Shown here: piece by piece, positions 1-8,472 of the stretch
Numbering within the stretch: the stretch's first letter is position 1
Layout: every line of letters begins with the position of its first letter
NCBI GenBank assembly: GCA_964412115.1
Contig: CAYPMM010000007.1
Location: 1 to 36,500, forward strand
Source: an uncultured Candidatus Saccharibacteria bacterium
Lineage (GTDB): Bacteria > Patescibacteriota > Minisyncoccia > HO2-45-28
Direction: 5' to 3'
DNA length: 36,500 nt
The notes under the pieces: generated by a model
Told to the model about the DNA's origin: nothing
The model's database searches: none
The model's input: only the letters and a program-made list of their open reading frames with translations
Translations under genes and position numbers: made by a program

Positions 1-2
1 AA

Positions 3-338
3 AAGAATGTGGACGCGTACATGAAGTCGGTCGGCATCACGCTGGATTATGTCGGCTGGGCGGACACGTTTGAATTCAGCAAGGAAGTGCAGGCGGCCAT
101 CAACCGGCGCTACGTTGCCGACAAAGACCAGGAAATCGCCGCCATACTCGCGCCGCACGCCGACACCATCCAGAAGCTCGCCGCAGCCGACGCCTTGAGG
201 TCGTTCGGCGAAAAGACCGACGGCAAGCTGCCGACGACCATTGTCGGCCTGCCGACGGAAATCGGCGCGCTCCTCAGCACTCTGTTGAGGTCCGGTCCGG
301 TTTCGACTCCGGCCGTACCAGTCATTCCCACGAAGTAA
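3..338 (+). CDS. C-terminal fragment of a protein entering from the left edge; weak SPFH/band-7-like C-terminal resemblance
   Basis: Frame is open to the window edge, with TAA at 336-338. Visibly GC-richer (roughly 60%) than the bulk of the window. A strong intrinsic terminator follows. Confidence 0.5.
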   Translation, partial: KNVDAYMKSVGITLDYVGWADTFEFSKEVQAAINRRYVADKDQEIAAILAPHADTIQKLAAADALRSFGEKTDGKLPTTIVGLPTEIGALLSTLLRSGPVSTPAVPVIPTK

Positions 339-364
339 TTCAACCAAATCCGGAAAATCCGGTG

Positions 365-392
365 CCGCGCGGGCTTGCCCGCGCGGTTTTTT
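365..392 (+). terminator. Rho-independent terminator
   Basis: CCGCGCGGG / CCCGCGCGG 9-bp stem, CTTG loop, then TTTTTT. Confidence 0.85.
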
Positions 393-416
393 AATTATTA
401 AAATTTTTACGACGAC

Positions 417-445
417 TTGCACAAAACCTTGATATATGCTAGGAT
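417..445 (+). promoter_or_regulatory. Putative rpsO promoter
   Basis: TTGCAC-N17-TAGGAT. The -10 ends 7 nt before the rpsO ATG and there is no SD. Confidence 0.5.
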
Positions 446-452
446 TTAAGCA

Positions 453-719
453 ATGTTGGCAACTAAGACCAAGCAGAAAGTAATAGAAAAATATAAGCTC
501 CACGAGAAGGACACCGGCTCTTCGGAGGTTCAAATCGCGCTTATAACCGAGGAGATCAAGCGCCTGACCACGCATTTGAAAGACCACCCCAAAGACACCC
601 ATTCGCGAAAGGGGCTTTTGAAGATGGTCTCAAAACGCAAGGCGCTTTTAAACTACCTTTCGGGCGAAGACGAAAAGCGCTATTCAAGCATTATCAAAAA
701 AGTGGGACTGAAGAAGTAA
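453..719 (+). CDS. rpsO: 30S ribosomal protein S15
   Basis: 88 aa with typical S15 sequence (GSSEVQIA..., HSRKGLLKMVSKRKALLNYL). Confidence 0.97.
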   Translation: MLATKTKQKVIEKYKLHEKDTGSSEVQIALITEEIKRLTTHLKDHPKDTHSRKGLLKMVSKRKALLNYLSGEDEKRYSSIIKKVGLKK

Positions 720-730
720 GGGAACACTTA

Positions 731-767
731 CCCCGTTAGATAGCGCGCAAGCGCCCATCTAACGGGG
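731..767 (+). terminator. Hairpin after rpsO, possible terminator
   Basis: CCCCGTTAGAT / ATCTAACGGGG 11-bp stem; the T-run is not immediately adjacent. Confidence 0.45.
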
Positions 768-816
768 TGCTCAAATTTTTATTCATTATCATTCATAAAA
801 ATCTAAAAAAATTGGC

Positions 817-1341
817 ATGACAATTGTAAAGCACCGCGAACAAAGAGTGGCGGTTTTAATCGATGTTCAAAACCTTTATCACTCCGCGCGCAACCTTTTC
901 GGAAAACGCGTCAACTTTAAAGAGGTTTTAAAGACCGCCGTGGCCGGACGTAAACTTGTCCGGGCCATAGGATATGTTATAAAAACGGAGTCCGGCGAGG
1001 AGTCGGCCTTCTTTGAGGCCCTGGCCAAAATAGGCATTGAGCCCAAATTCAAAGACCTGCAGATTTTTGCCGGAGGAATGAAAAAAGCCGACTGGGATGT
1101 CGGGCTGACCATTGACGCGGTCCGGCTCGGACACAGCGTTGACGCGCTTGTTTTGATCACCGGAGACGGCGATTTTGTACCCTTGGTTGAATACCTTAAG
1201 GGCATGCACGGCACACAGGTTGAGGTTATGGCTTTCGGGCGTTCGGCTTCGGGAAAATTGAAAGACGAGGCCGACGAGTTTCTTGATTTGGGCGAGGACC
1301 CGAAGTTTTTGTTAAACCTGCCCGCGAATTTAAAAAAATAA
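817..1341 (+). CDS. NYN-domain (LabA/DUF88-like) predicted RNase
   Basis: 174 aa. Has an N-terminal VAVLIDVQNLY motif and LITGDGDFVPLV, both typical of NYN/LabA proteins. Confidence 0.75.
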   Translation: MTIVKHREQRVAVLIDVQNLYHSARNLFGKRVNFKEVLKTAVAGRKLVRAIGYVIKTESGEESAFFEALAKIGIEPKFKDLQIFAGGMKKADWDVGLTIDAVRLGHSVDALVLITGDGDFVPLVEYLKGMHGTQVEVMAFGRSASGKLKDEADEFLDLGEDPKFLLNLPANLKK

Positions 1342-1356
1342 AAAATAAAACAATTC

Positions 1357-3465
1357 ATGAAAGTCAAAAAATACCAGACCGAAATAGCCGGGCGTCCGCT
1401 TGAAGTTGAGTTTTCCGATTTGGCCATGCACGCGAGCGGTTCGGTTTTGGTCAGATACGGCAAAACCGTTATTTTCGCCGCGGCCACCATATCCAAAGAA
1501 GCCAGAACCGGAATAGATTATTTTCCGCTCTCCGTAAATTACGAAGAAAAGTTCTACGCGGCAGGGCAAATTTTAGGCTCGCGTTTTATGAAAAGAGAAG
1601 GCAAGCCGTCCGACGAGGCAGTGCTCACCGGCCGTTTAATTGACCGGACGCTTCGTCCGCTTTTTTCAAATAAATTAAGAAACGAAGTGCAAATCGTAAT
1701 AATGCCCCTTTCAATTGACGGCCAAAACGATCCGGATGTTCCTTCAATAATCGCGGCCTCTTTGGCTTTGGCAACATCCGACATTCCATGGGCCGGACCG
1801 GTAAGCCCGTTAAGATTGGGGCTCGACGGCAAAAAAGTTATTTTCAATCCCACAAATGCCGAACGCGAAAACTCCCCGCTTGATTTTGTCGCCTGCGCCA
1901 AGGAAGGGAAAATAAACATGATTGAAGCCGGGGCCAAAGAAGTGGCCGAGGAAGACATAATGAGCGCACTCAAAGAGGCCATGTCCGAATTTGAAAAAAT
2001 AGAAAAATTCCAGAAAGAAATAATATCAAAAGAGGGCAAAGAGAAGCTTGAGATAAAACTGCCCGAGGAGCCGGAGAAACTGGCGGAGGCTTTTAATAAA
2101 AACATTAAGGGGCGGCTTGAAGACTATATTTATATTTCCGAAAAAGCCGTAAGGAACACAAGACTCGGCGAACTGAAAAAAGAATGGACCGACTGGACCA
2201 ATGAAAATTTCGGCGAAGACTCTTTGCTTTTTGCCGATGATATTTATGAAGAAGCCATTAACGACATCGTGCATAAAAATATTCTTGAGCGCGAAAAAAG
2301 GCCCGATACCCGCAAATTAAACGAGTTGAGGGACTTGTACGCTAAAGCCGGCGTGCTTGATCGGGTGCACGGTTCGGGAATTTTTTACCGCGGAGAAACG
2401 CATATTTTGTCTGTTGCCACCCTCGGCGCGCCGGGAGACGTCCAGCTTATTGAGGGGATGGAAATACAAACCAAAAAAAGATTCATGCACCACTACAATT
2501 TTCCTCCTTTTTCCACCGGAGAGACGGGCAGAATGGGCTCTCCCGGAAGGAGGGAAATCGGGCACGGGGCTTTGGCCGAGCGGGCGCTGGAAGCGGTGAT
2601 TCCGCCCAAAGAGATTTTCCCTTACACCATACGCCTGGTATCCGAAGCCATGTCCTCAAACGGCTCAACTTCAATGGGTTCGGTCTGCGCCTCAACCCTG
2701 GCGCTGATGGACGCGGGCGTTCCGATAAAAGAGCCGGTGGCTGGCATCGCCATGGGCCTGATGATGGAGAGCGACAAAAAATATAAAGTTTTAACCGACA
2801 TTCAGGGCCCCGAAGACCACCACGGCGACATGGATTTCAAAGCCGCGGGAACAAAGAACGGAATAAACGCGATTCAAATGGACGTAAAAGTTGAGGGCGT
2901 TACTTTAGAAATTTTGGACGAAACCTTGCGCGACGCCAAAGCGGCCAGAATAAAAATAATGGAAGTGATGCTCAAAGAAATCCCCCGCCCGCGCGCGGAT
3001 ATTTCGCCTAATGCCCCCAAAATCATAACCATAACCATAAATCCCGATAAGATAAGAGACGTGGTCGGTCCGGGAGGAAAGACCATAAATAAAATAATTG
3101 ACGAAACCGGAGCCGAAATAGACATTGAGCAGACCGGTGAAATTTTCATTACCGGACGCGACACCGAATCGGCCGAAAAAGCGGCTGAGGCCGTAAGAAG
3201 CATTACCCGTGAATATGAAGTCGGCGAAGAGTTTGTCGGGAAAGTAAGCCGGATATTTGAATTCGGGGCCATGGTTGAAATAGGGCCGAAACAGGATGGC
3301 CTGGTGCACATTTCGGAGCTTGCGCCCTATCGGGTAGGCAAGGTGCAGGATGTCGTAAACATAGGCGATGAAGTTCCGGTAAAAATAATAAGCATAGACG
3401 ACCTTGGCCGGGTCAACCTTTCGGTCAAACAGTCTTCTCAATACCGCGAAAAAAATAAAAAATAA
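1357..3465 (+). CDS. pnp: Polynucleotide phosphorylase
   Basis: 702 aa with two RNase PH domains ([14 protein letters not shown]), then KH and S1 domains at the C-terminus. Confidence 0.97.
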   Translation: MKVKKYQTEIAGRPLEVEFSDLAMHASGSVLVRYGKTVIFAAATISKEARTGIDYFPLSVNYEEKFYAAGQILGSRFMKREGKPSDEAVLTGRLIDRTLRPLFSNKLRNEVQIVIMPLSIDGQNDPDVPSIIAASLALATSDIPWAGPVSPLRLGLDGKKVIFNPTNAERENSPLDFVACAKEGKINMIEAGAKEVAEEDIMSALKEAMSEFEKIEKFQKEIISKEGKEKLEIKLPEEPEKLAEAFNKNIKGRLEDYIYISEKAVRNTRLGELKKEWTDWTNENFGEDSLLFADDIYEEAINDIVHKNILEREKRPDTRKLNELRDLYAKAGVLDRVHGSGIFYRGETHILSVATLGAPGDVQLIEGMEIQTKKRFMHHYNFPPFSTGETGRMGSPGRREIGHGALAERALEAVIPPKEIFPYTIRLVSEAMSSNGSTSMGSVCASTLALMDAGVPIKEPVAGIAMGLMMESDKKYKVLTDIQGPEDHHGDMDFKAAGTKNGINAIQMDVKVEGVTLEILDETLRDAKAARIKIMEVMLKEIPRPRADISPNAPKIITITINPDKIRDVVGPGGKTINKIIDETGAEIDIEQTGEIFITGRDTESAEKAAEAVRSITREYEVGEEFVGKVSRIFEFGAMVEIGPKQDGLVHISELAPYRVGKVQDVVNIGDEVPVKIISIDDLGRVNLSVKQSSQYREKNKK

Positions 3466-3467
3466 AA

Positions 3468-4334
3468 ATGGATGGTGAAAACCAAAATGTTCCGGAGAAA
3501 ACCGAACCCAAAAAGTCCGGCGTAAGAACCATGATTTCAGACGTTCAGGAATACGCGAGCGGAAAAAATTTTTCCTTAGGCGAGCTTACGGCCCGGCGCG
3601 GAAGCCGGACGAATGAGCGCCCGGCGGGATTTGGGTTGGAAAACATAAAGCCGTGGTTCTATCTTGCGTCCGCGATTTTGGTTTTGGCAATTATCGGCGC
3701 CGGAGCATATTTGATTAAAAGAACAGTTGACGCGCCGGCCGCACCCGCCCTTGAAGCTCCGGCTCCGCTTATAAATGCCGTACATGAAGAAACAATCGAA
3801 CTTGAAACCGCAGACGGCCGGGAAAAGTTTTTTGCGGAGTGGAAAAAACTTTTCGGGCTCCAGCTTCTCCCGCGCGAATTTCTTTATGTTAAAATTTTTG
3901 ACCGGAGCGGTTTGGAGTTTCTGCCGGCGCGCGCCTTTTTGAAACTTTCCGGCGCAAACCCGCCGCCAATTTTTACCGACGGCCTGGCCAGAAAATCCAC
4001 TGTCGGAATTATGGATACTTCGCGCGGAAACGAGCCGGTTTTTATTTTTGAAATAGCAAACCATTCATCGGTTTTTGCCGGACTTTTGCAATGGGAAGAA
4101 AAAATGCCCGATGATTTAAAAGAACTGCTTTCGCCCGATATCGCCCGTGACCGCGGAGAAAACGTTTTTCACGATTTGGTCGTGGCCAATAACGACGCCA
4201 GGTTTTTGCGAAACAAGTTCGGAGAATTTGTCTTGGGTTATTCAATTTTCAATCGCAGGTTTTTGATTGTGGGGCAGTCGCCTCAAGCGATTGAAGCCGT
4301 AATAAGGCAGATGACCGCTTTGCCTCCGCGCTAA
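3468..4334 (+). CDS. Hypothetical single-pass membrane protein
   Basis: 288 aa with one hydrophobic helix (WFYLASAILVLAIIGAGAYLI). Starts 2 nt after the pnp stop. Confidence 0.6.
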   Translation: MDGENQNVPEKTEPKKSGVRTMISDVQEYASGKNFSLGELTARRGSRTNERPAGFGLENIKPWFYLASAILVLAIIGAGAYLIKRTVDAPAAPALEAPAPLINAVHEETIELETADGREKFFAEWKKLFGLQLLPREFLYVKIFDRSGLEFLPARAFLKLSGANPPPIFTDGLARKSTVGIMDTSRGNEPVFIFEIANHSSVFAGLLQWEEKMPDDLKELLSPDIARDRGENVFHDLVVANNDARFLRNKFGEFVLGYSIFNRRFLIVGQSPQAIEAVIRQMTALPPR

Positions 4335-4434
4335 GGGAACACTCGCTCCGTTAGATGAAAATTATATACTATGCTAATATAAAAAATATAATGGTTTATA
4401 ATTTTTTATATTATTATTCATAAAAATTCGGCAC

Positions 4435-4794
4435 ATGGCTTTAGACCTAAATCATTTTAGAAAAAAACTTGATGAGGAGCGCATTCGGGTAGAAGGCGAA
4501 CTTAAGAGCATCGCCAAGATATCACCGGATAACCCAAAGGATTGGCAATCGGTCCCGCCAGACTCCGACGTACAGCCGGGGGAGGCAAGCGAGATGGCCG
4601 ACCGTTTTGAGGAAATGGGCAATCGGGCGGCGCGCGAAATTGAACTTGAAACCCGCCTGAACGAAATAAACGCCGCGATAGCCCGAATTGAAAAGGGAAC
4701 TTACGGCTATTGCTCCGCTGACCAAAAACCCATACCGGAGGCGCGTCTTGAAGCCAACCCCACCGCCGAAACCTGTATTGAGCACGCCAAATAA
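4435..4794 (+). CDS. DksA/TraR-family-like protein with degenerate zinc finger
   Basis: 119 aa with a coiled-coil N-terminal part and a C-terminal GTYGYC...ETC segment carrying only two Cys. Confidence 0.6.
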   Translation: MALDLNHFRKKLDEERIRVEGELKSIAKISPDNPKDWQSVPPDSDVQPGEASEMADRFEEMGNRAAREIELETRLNEINAAIARIEKGTYGYCSADQKPIPEARLEANPTAETCIEHAK

Positions 4795-4808
4795 ACCCAA
4801 AACTTCGT

Positions 4809-4862
4809 TTTGCGAGTCTGACTCGCAAACTACCCGAATTACCCAAACTAAGTTTGGGTAAT
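4809..4862. repeat. Two adjacent perfect odd palindromes (21 bp at 4809-4829, 25 bp at 4838-4862)
   Basis: TTTGCGAGTC-T-GACTCGCAAA and ATTACCCAAACT-A-AGTTTGGGTAAT. Neither is followed by a T-tract. Confidence 0.8.
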
Positions 4863-4906
4863 AGGGCCAAAAAACATTGAAAATAAATGGTTTTTCGTAC
4901 TTACTA

Positions 4907-4935
4907 TTGACAAGTGGCCGTTTTTTTGCTATAAT
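4907..4935 (+). promoter_or_regulatory. Consensus sigma70-type promoter
   Basis: TTGACA (4907-4912), 17-nt spacer ending in TGc, then TATAAT (4930-4935). Confidence 0.7.
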
Positions 4936-5004
4936 GGGAGCGTAAAGCTGGAAACAGCTTAAGTACACTAAAGCACAAAACCAACCAGGAAAGGGGGAAA
5001 TACA

Positions 5005-5175
5005 ATGACCGCAGATAGAGACCTCACCATACCCGTGTTTCTTATGGTCGGAGGGGCCGTGTCGGCCGCCGTCGCCGTGGTAATGGCCACGACAAGCGTG
5101 CTCGCCGGCATTTTCGTGGGGTGGGCAGTGGTTCTTCTGTGGGCCAGCGTGGTTAGCGCGCTGTACTACAAGTAA
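5005..5175 (+). CDS. 56-aa hydrophobic small protein with two predicted TM helices; below the ORF-track cutoff
   Basis: AAGGGGG lies 7 nt upstream of the ATG. Translation is MTADRDLTIPVFLMVGGAVSAAVAVVMATTSVLAGIFVGWAVVLLWASVVSALYYK. GC-rich, with its own promoter and terminator. Confidence 0.6.
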   Translation: MTADRDLTIPVFLMVGGAVSAAVAVVMATTSVLAGIFVGWAVVLLWASVVSALYYK

Positions 5176-5209
5176 GCCATCCCGCCATCGCGAAACGACC
5201 CCCGCTTCG

Positions 5210-5243
5210 CCGCCCAGTCCTTCGGGACCGGGCGGGTTTTTTT
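5210..5243 (+). terminator. Rho-independent terminator
   Basis: CCGCCCAGTCC / GGACCGGGCGG stem with one mismatch, TTCG loop, then a T7 run. Confidence 0.8.
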
Positions 5244-5280
5244 CCAAAAAATAAGGAGTGGAGCGACTATATTTTTTGAG

Positions 5281-5330
5281 AACCCCGTTTAAATTTTGCC
5301 GTAGCAAAATTTGTGCGGGGTTTTCCTTTT
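5281..5330 (+). other. Long two-tier hairpin upstream of comM
   Basis: AACCCCG...CGGGGTT encloses AAATTTTGC-CGTA-GCAAAATTT and is followed by a T-rich stretch. Confidence 0.5.
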
Positions 5331-5359
5331 TGGTCTAATAAGCTAGGATTTATCCTATC

Positions 5360-6877
5360 ATGTCCGTCAAACTCCATGCCGCGGAAGTTTTGGGCCTTTC
5401 GGGAGAAATAATTGACGTTGAAGTTGATTATTCAAAGGGGCTCCGCTCTTTTACCATTGTGGGGCTCGCCGACAAGGCGGTGGATGAAGCCAAAGAAAGA
5501 ATATCTTACGCCATAAAAAATATCGGGCTCAAGCCCCCGCATAAACAAAATCAAAAAGTCATAGTTTCCTTGGCGCCGGCCGATCTTAAAAAAGAAGGGT
5601 CGGCTTTTGATTTAGCAATCGCTTTGGGCTATATAATGGCGTCCAAACAGGCCGAATTTGATACTAAAGACAAGATATTTTTGGGAGAGCTTGCTTTAGA
5701 CGGAGCGCTGCGGCCAATCAAAGGGGTTTTGGCCCTTGCCAGAAAAGCGGTGTCTGCCGGATTTAAAGAAATTTACGTGCCTAAAGGAAACGGAAAAGAA
5801 GCGGCGATAATAGGAAATATTTCCGTACGCGAAGTTGAGGGACTGGAGCAAATACTCGGCCATCTTAGAAACGAATCTGTAATTGAGGCCCTGCCTAAAA
5901 CCGAAATGAACTGCGAGACGAGTACGGCGGACTACGACCTATCGGACATCCGCGGACAGGAAAACGCCAAAAGAGCTTTGATGATCGCGGCCTCCGGCGG
6001 CCACAACATTTTAATGTCCGGACCTCCGGGGACGGGAAAGACACTGCTTGCCAAAGCATTGCCGTCAATCTTGCCTCCGCTTTCATACGAAGAAGCGCTT
6101 GAAGTAACCACTATCCACAGCGTTGCCGGAACAATAGACGGACCGTTTGCCGAAGAGCGTCCTTTTCGCTCGCCCCACCACACCTCTTCATATGTCGCCA
6201 TGGTCGGCGGGGGCGTCTGGCCAAGACCCGGGGAGATAACTCTGGCCCACCGCGGAGTGCTTTTTGCCGATGAGTTTCCGGAATTTGAACGCCGGGTAAT
6301 TGAAGCACTGAGACAGCCGCTTGAAGACGGAGTCATAACCGTGGCTCGCGCCAAAGGAACGGTGAGGTTTCCGGCCAAATTCATGCTAGTTGCGGCTCAA
6401 AACCCGTGCCCATGCGGAAATCTTGGTTCAAAAAATAAAATGTGCCTTTGCAATCCGGCGTCTCTTTTTCGCTATCAAAGGAAGGTTTCGGGACCGATCG
6501 CCGACCGAATTGACCTTTGGATGGAAGTTTCCAATATTGACCACGAAGAATTGTCTCAAAAAAGCTCCGCTCCGACATCAGCCGAAATACGGCACAAAGT
6601 CATTGACGCCAGAGACAGGCAAAGCGCGCGGTTTAAGGGCTTTGGCATAATTTCAAACAGCGAAATCGGGGCGCGCGACATTGAAAAACTCGCCCCGCTG
6701 TCGGCTGATGCCAGAAACATTCTTAATATTTCAGCCAAACAGATGGACTTGTCGCCGCGGGCGTATCATAGGGTGATAAAAATAAGCCGGACCATAGCCG
6801 ACTTGGAAAACGAAGAGCAAATAAAACAGGGACACATTCTGGAGGCCCTGCAGTACAGACCGAAAAATAATTTTTAA
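5360..6877 (+). CDS. comM: Mg-chelatase-like ATPase, YifB/ComM family
   Basis: 505 aa with a Lon-like N-domain, Walker A GPPGTGKT and the ComM-typical CPCG motif. Confidence 0.9.
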   Translation: MSVKLHAAEVLGLSGEIIDVEVDYSKGLRSFTIVGLADKAVDEAKERISYAIKNIGLKPPHKQNQKVIVSLAPADLKKEGSAFDLAIALGYIMASKQAEFDTKDKIFLGELALDGALRPIKGVLALARKAVSAGFKEIYVPKGNGKEAAIIGNISVREVEGLEQILGHLRNESVIEALPKTEMNCETSTADYDLSDIRGQENAKRALMIAASGGHNILMSGPPGTGKTLLAKALPSILPPLSYEEALEVTTIHSVAGTIDGPFAEERPFRSPHHTSSYVAMVGGGVWPRPGEITLAHRGVLFADEFPEFERRVIEALRQPLEDGVITVARAKGTVRFPAKFMLVAAQNPCPCGNLGSKNKMCLCNPASLFRYQRKVSGPIADRIDLWMEVSNIDHEELSQKSSAPTSAEIRHKVIDARDRQSARFKGFGIISNSEIGARDIEKLAPLSADARNILNISAKQMDLSPRAYHRVIKISRTIADLENEEQIKQGHILEALQYRPKNNF

Positions 6878-6888
6878 ACGTTTTGGTT

Positions 6889-7953
6889 TTAAATAAACGG
6901 GTTTTGGGCTCCTCTGACTTCAAAATGCACATGGCATCCGGTAGAGTTGCCGGTGGCTCCTTCGTATCCGATTACCTGTCCCTGAACCACATTCCAGCCC
7001 GCCTGAACTATTAAGGAGCTCATGTGCGAATAAAGAGTCTGCGTGCCGTTGGCGTGATTTATGACCGCGTACAAGCCGTATCCGCCGTTCCAGCCGAAAG
7101 ACCTCGCGACAATCACCTGGCCTGATGCCGAAGCCATTATCGGAGCCCCGCAGTAGCTTGCCAGGTCAACGCCGTTATAGCCATGTAGGCCCTGTGTTTT
7201 TCTTCCTCCCAATATCGGACGCATATAATATCCGGCGTAACTCGGACCGGCGCCTCCGCGGTAAGGATTCCTGGAATAAATACCGCTTGAGACGATATAA
7301 GACTCACCGTTTGGAATTATGATTATCTGTCCGACGGCAAGGGTCCCCGAAAGAGGCAAATCGTTAAAACCTATTATTTCGTCCTCATCACCCTTAAATT
7401 GCCTGGCCACAGACTTAAGGGTGTCTCCTTTTTTCACTTCATATTGAACTCCGGAAATCGGGAGGATAACCAAGGTCTGGCCCGCGGTTATTAGGTCGTT
7501 TCGCTTAAGATTGTTCGCCCATGCGATCGTATTGATAGAAACACCGAACATTTTAGCAATACTTGAAAGGTTATCTTTTTCGCGGACTATATAAATTGAA
7601 ATCTGGTCGTGTTTTCGCGATTCAACCTCAATGTCGGCAATGCTTCCGAGCGGTCCCGATACGGCAAGCAGGGCGCTATTTTGAACTATCGTTATATCGC
7701 CGCCGCCGATTCCAGCCAGAGGGTCAATGTTGTTTGGCGCTTCAAGTAAAGGCATGTTCTGGGAGCTTAAAGCCGAAGCCGACTGCGTTTTGGCTTCAGC
7801 CGAAAAAATACTTTTCAAGACATCCAGAAAACCGGCTTCCGTTTCATTAAAATTCAGAAAAAATATGCTTAAAACTGCCAAAACCGTCAAGAGCAACCCC
7901 CGTCCTGAAGGGGTCAAAAAAGAGGTTTTAAAGCCTCGCTTTCCCGAGTTCAT
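6889..7953 (-). CDS. Secreted LysM-domain M23 metallopeptidase
   Basis: 354 aa with an N-terminal anchor, two LysM repeats and a C-terminal M23 domain (HVHFEVR). Confidence 0.9.
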   Translation of the reverse strand: MNSGKRGFKTSFLTPSGRGLLLTVLAVLSIFFLNFNETEAGFLDVLKSIFSAEAKTQSASALSSQNMPLLEAPNNIDPLAGIGGGDITIVQNSALLAVSGPLGSIADIEVESRKHDQISIYIVREKDNLSSIAKMFGVSINTIAWANNLKRNDLITAGQTLVILPISGVQYEVKKGDTLKSVARQFKGDEDEIIGFNDLPLSGTLAVGQIIIIPNGESYIVSSGIYSRNPYRGGAGPSYAGYYMRPILGGRKTQGLHGYNGVDLASYCGAPIMASASGQVIVARSFGWNGGYGLYAVINHANGTQTLYSHMSSLIVQAGWNVVQGQVIGYEGATGNSTGCHVHFEVRGAQNPFI

Positions 7954-8144
7954 CGGGTCGGCAAGGCGCTGTTTAGTGTCTAAAATAGGCTTAAATTAAG
8001 GGGAAAATCCGGAAAGTCGGCCTTTAACAACAAAACCGGTACATCTACCGGAATACCCTTAATCATACCGCCCGAAAACCAAAAAATCAATCGACGCAAA
8101 AAACTTATCCACAGGGCAGTAGAAATCCTATTTCCCAAAAATAC

Positions 8145-8173
8145 TTGACAAACGGATGGTTTGGTGATACAAT
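8145..8173 (+). promoter_or_regulatory. Consensus sigma70-type promoter
   Basis: TTGACA (8145-8150), 17-nt spacer ending in TGa, then TACAAT (8168-8173). Confidence 0.7.
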
Positions 8174-8248
8174 GGGAGAGAATAAAAGCAGTTTCCTTGA
8201 GTTCACAAGTTCGCCAACGCGTCGAAATCACATTCAGGAGGATTGGAC

Positions 8249-8419
8249 ATGTATGGGCAGACCGACGAAATACTCGAGGAACGCAGGGCGCGTAACGAGG
8301 CCGTTCAACTTCTGCTTACTGTAGCAGAGGGGAAGAAGACGGTTGCGGATGTGCGAAATTGGCTTGAGCAGAACTACCCGGAGTCATGTAGCACAAAGAC
8401 TGATACGAAGAGGTGGTAA
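8249..8419 (+). CDS. 56-aa hydrophilic small protein; below the ORF-track cutoff
   Basis: AGGAGG lies 7 nt upstream of the ATG. Translation is MYGQTDEILEERRARNEAVQLLLTVAEGKKTVADVRNWLEQNYPESCSTKTDTKRW. Has its own promoter and terminator. Confidence 0.55.
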   Translation: MYGQTDEILEERRARNEAVQLLLTVAEGKKTVADVRNWLEQNYPESCSTKTDTKRW

Positions 8420-8472
8420 ACTGGTTTGTCAGTCGGGCCGCCGGCACTAACCGGCGACAACAGAAAACAGTT

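Noticed and set aside
879-1496. 205-aa minus-strand ORF, and similar long antisense or alternative-frame ORFs (1554-2105, 2874-3311, 2905-3441, 15339-15881, 15603-16136, 10311-10784, 10663-11136)
   Set aside because: All overlap strongly supported genes on the other strand or in another frame and translate to compositionally odd sequence.
4868-5255. CCAAAAAA(C/T)A on both sides of the first small-ORF cassette as possible target-site duplication
   Set aside because: The match is only about 9-10 nt of low-complexity A-rich sequence, which is not distinguishable from chance.
4522-5307. 261-aa minus-strand ORF spanning the dksA-like gene and the small-ORF cassette
   Set aside because: It is antisense to a well-supported gene, promoter and terminator. 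Its sequence is low-complexity and Gly/Pro/His-rich with no start signals. This is a typical shadow ORF of a GC-rich stretch.
5257-5335. AAGGAG followed by a possible GTG-start 25-codon ORF
   Set aside because: The GTG overlaps the SD-like sequence with no spacer. The region is better explained as the long hairpin at 5281-5322.
7954-8135. Possible c-di-AMP (ydaO-type) riboswitch upstream of the cell-wall hydrolase gene
   Set aside because: I could not find the conserved ACGGGGA / CCCGAA-type cores or the pseudo-twofold architecture. It is kept only as an unclassified structured leader.
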